Shown: one piece after another, positions 9,856 through 16,967 of the stretch
Layout of the letters: each line of letters opens with the position of its first letter
Numbering within the stretch: the stretch's first letter is position 1
Assembly: GCF_000981785.2 (NCBI RefSeq)
Contig: NZ_CP011304.1
Location: forward strand, 780,001 to 812,000
DNA from: Microcystis aeruginosa NIES-2549
GTDB lineage: Bacteria; Cyanobacteriota; Cyanobacteriia; Cyanobacteriales; Microcystaceae
DNA length: 32,000 bases
Direction: 5' to 3'
The notes under the pieces: model-generated
What the model was told of the DNA's origin: nothing
What the model saw: the letters and a program-made list of their open reading frames with translations, nothing else
The model's database searches: none
Translations under genes and position numbers: made by a program

Positions 9856-10896
9856 TTACTGATAAACCGGTAATTTGGGATTATCTACTGATAACAAACC
9901 GGTTAAAAGTGAGGCGGGTTTTTGACTATAGGGCCAGGCAAAAGCATGACGAAAAGCCGCATCTTGACAAGCTTGTAATTGTCGAAAATCGATCACGTCC
10001 AGGGTGAGTAAATTCTCGTACTCGAAGGGCAGCCGGACATTGTGTAAACCAGCATTATCGGTACAGATAGCAATATCAACCCCCGCTTCAAAACAGCGAT
10101 CGAAGACTATCTTTAATTGCGATAAACTCTCAAGGGTGCCAGTTTTTAAATAGGTGGTGGGACAGACTTCTAAACATTGATGACGACGGGCAACTTCCGG
10201 CAGCAATTCCGGATATTGTAGGGGAATTTGAATACCGTGACCAATTCTTTGCAGATAGGGCAGTAATTGGGGATAACAACCGTCCTTTGTTTCGTAAAGA
10301 TGGCCGGTGGTATTTAAACCCTCTTCCCTGGCATAACTGTATAAACCGGCAAATTCCTCTAGTCGAGTTTGGTAGTGGGAATCACCCCCAGCAATATCGA
10401 TCGCACAGACGTATTCTCTCATCCCTAGGGCCAGATCAACGATCGCTTTGTTGACTTCGTAGGGAAGTCGCGAGTGCATACAGAGAATTTGACTGGTAAT
10501 AATCGGATATTCGCTCATTTTCGAGGCTTGACCGACGATATCGACAATCGATCGCATTTGCTCGATTCGCTCTGTTTGGTTCAAATGTTCGTCGGTGCGA
10601 TAGTAGGGAGTATAGCGCAATTCTAAATAGGCAAGATTCTCGAAGATGTAAGCGCCGCGAATCAGACGATAGATAAAATAGGGCAAAGTTTGGGCGGTTT
10701 GAACACTTTCGACTAGGGTATGTAATTCCAAATACTCATCTAAACTATTGCGTTCGCGGGTGTAAAATTCCTCAAAAGCGGGATATTCTGGGAATTTAGC
10801 CGCTAAATCCCGCTCATGTCTGTGAAAGTAGCGCCAGAGAATTCTCGGTACTACCGATCCCCCTAAATGCCGATGCAAATCCGCGTATAAAGCCAC
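9856..10896 (-). CDS. adenosine/AMP deaminase-family metallohydrolase
   Basis: N-terminal metal-binding signature DLHRHLGGS, later HGIQ and CTDNAGL (the Asp of the amidohydrolase fold). GTG start at 10896 with GGAG 8-11 nt upstream on the coding strand. Confidence 0.8.
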   Translation of the reverse strand: MALYADLHRHLGGSVVPRILWRYFHRHERDLAAKFPEYPAFEEFYTRERNSLDEYLELHTLVESVQTAQTLPYFIYRLIRGAYIFENLAYLELRYTPYYRTDEHLNQTERIEQMRSIVDIVGQASKMSEYPIITSQILCMHSRLPYEVNKAIVDLALGMREYVCAIDIAGGDSHYQTRLEEFAGLYSYAREEGLNTTGHLYETKDGCYPQLLPYLQRIGHGIQIPLQYPELLPEVARRHQCLEVCPTTYLKTGTLESLSQLKIVFDRCFEAGVDIAICTDNAGLHNVRLPFEYENLLTLDVIDFRQLQACQDAAFRHAFAWPYSQKPASLLTGLLSVDNPKLPVYQ

Positions 10897-11002
10897 AACT
10901 CCGCTGCTCCTTAGTCTCTCAAATGTTCCTTAAATATAACGAAGTTTTACAATTGTTTGACAATTGCTCGCAAATAGTATCAGTACCTAGTCGGTGAACA
11001 GT

Positions 11003-11079
11003 GTGGGGTGTGGGGTGTGGGGTGTAGGGTGTGGGGTGTAGGGTGTGGGGTGTAGGGTGTGGGGTGTAGGGTGTGGGGA
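11003..11079. repeat. heptanucleotide tandem array (GTGGGGT/GTAGGGT, 11 units), G-rich on the + strand
   Basis: Read directly. Units alternate GTGGGGT and GTAGGGT. Lies in the divergent intergenic region between 10896 (-) and 11173 (+). Confidence 0.9.
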
Positions 11080-11092
11080 GTTTTCTCAGTGA

Positions 11093-11124
11093 ACTGATAA
11101 CTGATCACTGATCACTGATCACTG
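11093..11124. repeat. heptanucleotide tandem array (ACTGATC, ~4.5 units)
   Basis: actgata actgatc actgatc actgatc actg, read directly, 13 nt after the G-rich array. Confidence 0.9.
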
Positions 11125-11172
11125 CTTAATGATTTGATAGCATGGAGGAAAACCTATCGAGGGTGAAGCGGT

Positions 11173-12003
11173 ATGAGTGACTATAAAGATTCTTCTTCCA
11201 TGCGCTATTTCTTGGCAGGATTAAAACCCTTTGCCCAACCTTTATTTTGGCTGCCGCTAGGAATATTTTCCTTAGCTCTAATTGGTTTCTCGGTATATCA
11301 ACAGAATCCTGAATGGTTGGGTTCGGTATTAGATACCCCAGGAATGTCCTTGGAGGAACGCGAAATCCAGACTAAGCAGATTACCGATGCTCCTCTCCCC
11401 AGTCCTGCAACAATGCCGGCCATTCCTGCCAATAATAATACCGCTCCCCCGAACGAACCGGCCTCGCCGCAGCCTTTTAATCCTTTAAATACTAATCCCA
11501 ATAACAACCAGAAACCCTCTTTATTCGCCCCGTTAATGCCGCAGACTAAGCAAAATCAGGCACCGAAGGCTAGTAAAACTCTGCAACCGATTCAAGTGCA
11601 ACCGATTAGTGGCAACAATAGCAATTATCCTTTACAAAGGGAAATCGAAAATCGCTCACGGACTACTAACTTGAATAATTCTCCTAATCTCAACCCCGGG
11701 GGCAACCCGAATCAAGTCAACCCCCAAGGAAATTATTCCCCTTATCAACAAAATACTCAGCCTCTACCCTCCTGGAATAATGCCAACCCTAACCCGGTCC
11801 CCGGCCCTAGCAACCAATCCAACTATTATCAACCCCCCGTATATCAGGCCCCCGTTTACGGCAGTCAACCCAACGTCACCAGTTATCCCAATCAGGGAAT
11901 GGCACCCAACAATAATGGCATCCCCAATCAAGTTCCCCCTCAAACTACTAACCGAGGTTTCTCCATCCAACAACCGATTGATACTAGGTCTTCTGGTTAC
12001 TAG
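11173..12003 (+). CDS. hypothetical membrane-anchored low-complexity (Pro/Asn/Gln-rich) protein
   Basis: One N-terminal TM segment (LFWLPLGIFSLALIGFSVY) is followed by ~220 aa of P/N/Q-rich low-complexity sequence. No family recognised. Confidence 0.55.
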   Translation: MSDYKDSSSMRYFLAGLKPFAQPLFWLPLGIFSLALIGFSVYQQNPEWLGSVLDTPGMSLEEREIQTKQITDAPLPSPATMPAIPANNNTAPPNEPASPQPFNPLNTNPNNNQKPSLFAPLMPQTKQNQAPKASKTLQPIQVQPISGNNSNYPLQREIENRSRTTNLNNSPNLNPGGNPNQVNPQGNYSPYQQNTQPLPSWNNANPNPVPGPSNQSNYYQPPVYQAPVYGSQPNVTSYPNQGMAPNNNGIPNQVPPQTTNRGFSIQQPIDTRSSGY

Positions 12004-12009
12004 AGGGAC

Positions 12010-12900
12010 TTAGATAGGAGCTTGCAGGAAGTCTAATAAAATCGGATTAACTATTTCTGGGGCTTCATCCTGGGGACAGTGGCCCAAACCAGCTAAGGGG
12101 ATAAACTGTTTTACTGTCGGGAATCTTGCTAATTCTTGGCCCAAGGACAAGGGTTCCCAGGGATCCTCGCTACCCCAAAGCAGAATGGCCGGACAGGGGA
12201 GAATCGGCAGCAGGTCTTCTGGGAGTGGGCCGCCAGAATAACCGGTAAAAGCGAGGAAAACCTCGATCGCTCCCTGATCTCGGGCGGGTTTTAGGATTAT
12301 TTCTACTAATTCCTCCGTTACCGCTTCCGAGCGCCGATAAGCTTGCAGGAGAATTTTACGCACTGTCTGGGGTTTAGCGATCTGTTGGAAGAAAAAAGCC
12401 CCAATTGCTTTATTTTTGAGAATTATTTGGGCAAAATCTGCGCCTAAACGACGATACCAGGGTAATTCCCCCCGTTTTCTTTCGTGCAGTAGTCTGAGGG
12501 AACAATTAATCGCCGCTACCCCAAGGACAAAATCAGGATGATCGACGGCAGCCTGCATAATGGCCACGCAACCGATGGAATTACCCGCCAAAAAAGCGGG
12601 ACCCCCCACCACTTCCCGACAAAAATCGGCAATCTGCGCCCCCCAAGTCTCGAAAGTGTAATCGATCTCCTTTTGCGGTTCGGGTTTGTCGGAACCGCCA
12701 AAACCAATTAAATCTAGGGCAAAACAGCGACATTTTTCGCCTAAAACGGGGATATTTTTGCGCCAATGTCCCCAAGATGCCCCAAATCCATGCACAAGCA
12801 CGATCGCAGGTCCTGTCTCCCCCGCACTCTGATAGGTGATTTTGAATCCCCGCCAATGCCAAATTTTTGCCTGTGTCTCTAATCCTAGAATTTGTTGCAT
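12010..12900 (-). CDS. alpha/beta-fold hydrolase
   Basis: HGFGAS oxyanion-type motif, nucleophile elbow GNSIGC (G-x-S-x-G), C-terminal GHCPQDE (catalytic His). The ORF track extends to TTG at 12993; ATG at 12900 (MQQILGLE...) gives a typical ~296-aa product. Confidence 0.8.
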   Translation of the reverse strand: MQQILGLETQAKIWHWRGFKITYQSAGETGPAIVLVHGFGASWGHWRKNIPVLGEKCRCFALDLIGFGGSDKPEPQKEIDYTFETWGAQIADFCREVVGGPAFLAGNSIGCVAIMQAAVDHPDFVLGVAAINCSLRLLHERKRGELPWYRRLGADFAQIILKNKAIGAFFFQQIAKPQTVRKILLQAYRRSEAVTEELVEIILKPARDQGAIEVFLAFTGYSGGPLPEDLLPILPCPAILLWGSEDPWEPLSLGQELARFPTVKQFIPLAGLGHCPQDEAPEIVNPILLDFLQAPI

Positions 12901-13083
12901 ATTTTTGTTTATCTGTAAAGTATTCGTTGCTTTTCTTAATATATACTGTCGGGTTAACTGGCGGCTTAACTGATCGTCTGGAGATGATGCCAAATCCCGT
13001 CATAGTTCATCTCAAATGAACCCAACAACCGCCAATTATGATGAACCCTAGAAAGAAGTATTAAGTCACCTAGAAAACGGGTT

Positions 13084-13116
13084 TCTTCAAGAAACCCGTT
13101 TTCTGTGGGGTTTTTT
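13084..13116. repeat. 33-nt palindrome AGAAAACGGGTTTCT-TCA-AGAAACCCGTTTTCT (copy 1)
   Basis: Perfect 15-bp arms, read directly. Lies 150 nt upstream of the Rpn-family gene. Confidence 0.9.
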
Positions 13117-13265
13117 GCGGAAAGCATACCCCTCTTTTTGTAGTTCCCCCTCTCCTCGTAGGTTAAAGGGGTAAGGTCATAACAATCCGTTGCCAAAACA
13201 GACTTTTCAGAATATAATAGAGAAGAGTAGTCATTCATCGATCAGATTCGTTAAGATGATATTAC

Positions 13266-14234
13266 ATGACTAATAATATTGACCATGACCGCTTATTTAA
13301 GGAGTTAATCTCCACCTTTTTTGTCGAATTTATCGAGTTATTTTTTCCTCAATTGATGGATTATTTAGATAGAAACTCGATTACTTTTTTAGACAAAGAA
13401 GTATTTACAGATGTCACGGAAGGAGAAAAGCATGAAAGCGATTTAGTCGCACAGGTTAAGTTTCGAGGAAAAGAATCTTTTTTTCTGATTCATGTAGAGG
13501 CGCAGGAAAGTTCCCGAAAGTGGTTTAACCGGCGAATGTTTACTTATTTTGCTCGTTTTCATGAGAAATTTGTCTTACCGATTTATCCGATTGTAATTTT
13601 TTCTTATTCAAAGCCAAAAAGAGCAGCGATTAGTCAATATGTAGTCGATTTTCCCGATTTTAAGGTATTAGAATTTAACTATCAAGTAGTGCAGTTAAAT
13701 CGATTAAATTGGCGAGATTTTCTCAATCAACCGAATCCAGTTGCTTCAGCTTTGATGGCGAAGATGAACATTGCCGAGAAAGAGCGAGCCAAGGTAAAAG
13801 CGGAATGTCTGCGCTTGTTAATTACTTTAAAGTTAAATCCTGCAAAAATGCAATTAATTTCCGGATTTATTGATACATATATCAATCTAAATCCTGCCGA
13901 AGAGATACAATTTCAACAAGAAATTAGCACATTTAGTCAACCCGTACAGGAGGGAGTTATGCAAATTACCACCAGTTGGATGCGTCAAGGTATTGAACAA
14001 GGTATTGAACAAGGTATTGAACGCGGTATTGAACGCGGTATTGAACGCGGTATCGAACGGGAAAAGACATTGATTCTTCGTCAACTTAAACGCAAGTTAG
14101 GGGAGATTAATCCTTCATTGGAAACTAAAATCATGCAGTTAAGTATTGATGATGTCGAAGTATTAGGAGAAGCTTTATTCGATTTCTCTACGGTTGAAGA
14201 TTTAATCAATTGGTTAAATACTTTAACTGCCTAG
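13266..14234 (+). CDS. Rpn-family recombination-promoting nuclease / putative transposase (PD-(D/E)xK) with DUF4351-like C-terminus
   Basis: N-terminus HDRLFKELISTFFVEFIELFFP, ...ESDLVAQVKF....FFLIHVEAQ (D...E-x-Q/K nuclease-core pattern) and a C-terminal LILRQLKRKLGEI...L...L..LGEALFDF module. This architecture is multi-copy in cyanobacteria. Confidence 0.8.
   Translation: MTNNIDHDRLFKELISTFFVEFIELFFPQLMDYLDRNSITFLDKEVFTDVTEGEKHESDLVAQVKFRGKESFFLIHVEAQESSRKWFNRRMFTYFARFHEKFVLPIYPIVIFSYSKPKRAAISQYVVDFPDFKVLEFNYQVVQLNRLNWRDFLNQPNPVASALMAKMNIAEKERAKVKAECLRLLITLKLNPAKMQLISGFIDTYINLNPAEEIQFQQEISTFSQPVQEGVMQITTSWMRQGIEQGIEQGIERGIERGIERGIEREKTLILRQLKRKLGEINPSLETKIMQLSIDDVEVLGEALFDFSTVEDLINWLNTLTA
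13989..14060 (+). repeat. in-frame 12-bp tandem repeat, 6 units, encoding (GIEQ)2(GIER)4
   Basis: ggtattgaacaa x2, ggtattgaacgc x3, ggtatcgaacgg x1, read directly inside the Rpn-family CDS. Confidence 0.9.
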
Positions 14235-14257
14235 GTTTGACGTTAGCGAGCGTCTTG

Positions 14258-14290
14258 AGAAAACGGGTTTCTCGGAGAAACCCGTTTTCT
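14258..14290. repeat. 33-nt palindrome AGAAAACGGGTTTCTC-G-GAGAAACCCGTTTTCT (copy 2)
   Basis: Perfect 16-bp arms with the same core as 13084-13116. Starts 24 nt after the Rpn-family stop and may also act as its terminator. Confidence 0.9.
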
Positions 14291-14357
14291 GATGGCTTGA
14301 GGTTTAACCGCACCGAATTTAATTTGATTTTCTCTGATTCATGAATAAACCTGATGA

Positions 14358-14375
14358 AAAAAAAAAAAAAAAAAA
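14358..14375. repeat. A18 homopolymer
   Basis: 18 consecutive A residues counted directly, 20 nt upstream of a TTGACA hexamer. Confidence 0.95.
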
Positions 14376-14395
14376 TAAGCATACTTTATATTCTA

Positions 14396-14424
14396 TTGAC
14401 AGTAGAAAAAAACGCTCTCAAAAT
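14396..14424 (+). promoter_or_regulatory. candidate sigma70-type promoter of the giant gene
   Basis: TTGACA (14396-14401), a 17-nt spacer, then CAAAAT (14419-14424). Lies ~170 nt upstream of ATG 14592. The -10 element matches only 4 of 6, so this is tentative. Confidence 0.3.
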
Positions 14425-14591
14425 GGTGGAAACGATTAATTGATGGTTTAATAGTTTTTTTTAGCCTAACCTCGACTGGCTACGTTTGCGGAAAACAGGC
14501 TGACTCGGCTGAATAAATAATAGCCAAGCAAATTGTGGGCATTGCCCACCCTACACAACTATTCATTTGAGAAATTTAAAGGGTTAATGTC

Positions 14592-15821
14592 ATGACTTCT
14601 ACCCTCTTGCCGAGCTTTCCTGCTGTTGACGATGTTTTGTTCAATTTCGCTCAATCTGATGGATTTTGGGCGAATTTAGAAACTGCTTTTGGCACAAGTT
14701 ATGATGTGGTTAAGGCGACGCAATTACGACAGCAGTGGAAAAGTCGAGATTTTAGTCAAATTCCCCCAATTGAGGTACTTAGTGATGAGGTTTTGGGGAC
14801 GGCGAATGGTGCATATTCCAGCAGTACCAATAAGATTTATCTATCAGCATCTTTTTTGAATACGGCATCGTCAGCAGCGATAATTAATGTAATTTTAGAA
14901 GAAATTGGGCATTATGTGGATGCTCAAATTAATCAGGTGGATAGCGCGGGAGATGAGGGGGCAATTTTTGCAGAGTTGGTGCAGGGAAATAGTCTGGATG
15001 TGGCAACCTTGGAGGTATTGAAAGCTGAGGATGATGCGGGGGTAATTAGTATTGGTAGCGTGAGTATTGCAGTTGAAATGGCGAATTTGACAGGGGATGG
15101 TAATAATAACAATATTTCGGGGACAAATGAGGATGATGTGATTGATGGGTTAGGGGGTAATGATACCCTAAGTGGTTTAGGGGGTAATGATAGTCTGATT
15201 GGTGGAATAGGTAATGATGCTCTCTATGGTGGTACAGGAAATGATACCTTAGACGGGGGAGATGGTCGTGATGGACTCTATGGAGAAGAGGGGGACGACT
15301 ATCTCCAAGGGGGGGCAGATAATGATAACCCAGATTACTGGAATGGTAATTGGCGAGTTGGTGGACTCTACGGCGGTGCTGGAAATGACACTTTAGATGG
15401 AGGCGATGGGGATGATTATCTAGACCCTGGTGAAGGTATTGATAGTGTGATTGGGGGTGCAGGAAATGACCAAGTTCTTCTCAACTACAGCAGTGACACC
15501 AATAGCTTAACTATCAACTACACCGATGCTAACAATGGTACGGTTTCCAATGGAGAAACCATCAAAGAAATTGAAAGTTTCAATTTGTATTTGGGGAGTG
15601 GGAACGATACGGTCAATCTAAGTGCAGCGACTGGGGTAATCTATGCTGAAGGCGGCTTAGGTAACGATAACATCACTGGTGGTAAGGCTTACGACAATCT
15701 ACATGGGGGAGAAGGGAATGATACCTTAGACGGGGGAGATGGACGTGATGGACTCTATGGAGAAGAGGGAGACGACTATCTCCAAGGGGGAACAGATAAT
15801 GATAACCCTGACTACTGGAAT
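14592..15821 (+). pseudogene. 5' fragment (410 codons) of the giant RTX/Calx-beta/cadherin/S8 surface-protein gene, severed by IS insertion
   Basis: A conserved N-terminal module (..FGTSYDVVKATQLRQQWKSRDFSQIPPIEVLSDEVLGTANGAYSSSTNKIYLS...VILEEIGHYVDAQIN) is followed by GGxGxD nonapeptide repeats. The listed ORF 14592..15896 reads 25 codons into the IS before its stop. The native sequence resumes at 16968 in the same frame. Confidence 0.85.
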
Positions 15822-16967
15822 AGACCTCTCCATAATTTAATTAAATCACAATATATAGGATATAATAAAACAAATAGTAACTCAAAAAAGCCATGAAAAA
15901 CTACACTTGGGAATACATTCAAAAATATCCGAAACAAACTAAAAGACTATTAGGAATTGACTACCAACAACTAGAACAACTGATGGCACTTGGAAAACTT
16001 ATACATCGGAAAAACCAATCAGAAATCGAAAAAACCAAAATTAGGATTAATCAACCAGGAAGCGGAACACCTCCTAAATTATCAGAAGAGGAACAAATTG
16101 TTCTAATGTTGGTTTATTTAAGACATCATCTAAGCTTTCAAATCTTAGGACTAATATTTCAAGTGAGTGAATCAACGGCTCATAATATCTTTACCTATTG
16201 GCAAAAACTTTTTGAAGGAGAGTTACCGCCAAGTTTGTTAGAACAAATAAAGAAGTGCCAAGAAGAGGAAATAATAATTGAACAATTAAGGGATTATGAG
16301 TTGATTGTCGATAGCGCAGAACAGCCCGTGGAGAGGCCGACCGATTATCAAGAACAAAAAATATATTATTCGGGAAAGCAAAAAAGACATACTTTAAAAA
16401 GTCAATTTATTGTCTTGCCAAAAGCTGAAGATATTGTTGATGTAGTTATTGGTCAACCTGGTCCGACGAGCGACATAAAAATCTGTCGGCAAACTTTAAG
16501 CAAATTCGATTCTCAACAAACTTTTATTGGAGATAAAGCTTACCTAGGAGAAAATCAAATCAGAACTCCTGATAAAAAACCTAAGAATGGAGAATTAACC
16601 GAGAATCAAATTAAAGAAAATAAAGTTTTATCATCTCGGCGAATTTTTGTTGAGCATTTAATTCGAGTTGTCAAAGTATTTAAAGTAGTTCAAGAAAGAT
16701 TTAGATTAAATAAAAGTCGATATAAATCGGTTTTACTGACCGTTTGTGGCTTAGTAAGGTTGAGAATTAGTGCGCTAATTTTAGAAGTAATAGAAGGGGA
16801 GCAATCAGGGGAAGTAATTGACGTTATAATTAGCCATAGTTTTCCGTCAAAATTGGATTTTGTCTCTTCAAACCCTGATTAATCGGTTTTGAGAGCTAAT
16901 TTTGACTCTTGGTCTAATCTGCCTCTCTTCCTTGCTGTGACTGACTTATAAATTTTTGGAGAGGTCT
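15822..16967 (+). mobile_element. 1,146-bp insertion sequence (IS5/Harbinger-like DDE_Tnp_4-type transposase) with a 3-bp target duplication
   Basis: Terminal inverted repeats AGACCTCTCCATAATTTAAT (left) and AGACCTCTCCAAAAATTTAT (reverse complement of the right end). The first 11 nt are identical. AAT is duplicated at 15819-15821 and 16968-16970. Removing the IS plus one AAT restores ...DYWN|GNWQVGGLYGG..., exactly as at the intact unit junction at 17445-17450. Confidence 0.9.
15893..16882 (+). CDS. IS transposase (N-terminal HTH plus DDE domain)
   Basis: DDE-type pattern LIVDSAEQPVERP ... YYSGKQKRHTLKSQFIV ... FIGDKAYLG ... RIFVEHLIRVVKVFK. The YSGK.KRHTLK motif is typical of DDE_Tnp_4 / IS5-Harbinger-type transposases. 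Subgroup assignment is uncertain. Confidence 0.85.
   Translation: MKNYTWEYIQKYPKQTKRLLGIDYQQLEQLMALGKLIHRKNQSEIEKTKIRINQPGSGTPPKLSEEEQIVLMLVYLRHHLSFQILGLIFQVSESTAHNIFTYWQKLFEGELPPSLLEQIKKCQEEEIIIEQLRDYELIVDSAEQPVERPTDYQEQKIYYSGKQKRHTLKSQFIVLPKAEDIVDVVIGQPGPTSDIKICRQTLSKFDSQQTFIGDKAYLGENQIRTPDKKPKNGELTENQIKENKVLSSRRIFVEHLIRVVKVFKVVQERFRLNKSRYKSVLLTVCGLVRLRISALILEVIEGEQSGEVIDVIISHSFPSKLDFVSSNPD

Noticed and set aside
12901-13238. TTG-initiated extension of the hydrolase ORF to 12993, the overlapping ORF 12581..13003 (-), and ORF 12966..13238 (-, 90 aa)
   Set aside because: The extension adds a non-conserved-looking leader to a complete alpha/beta hydrolase that begins at ATG 12900. 12581..13003 is an off-frame overlap. 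12966..13238 spans the 33-nt palindrome and has no family features.
14592-15060. EEIGH in the N-terminal module of the giant protein, considered as a possible zinc-metalloprotease HExxH site
   Set aside because: The motif is E-E-I-G-H, not H-E-x-x-H, and I saw no downstream third ligand motif. I leave the module as conserved but unassigned.
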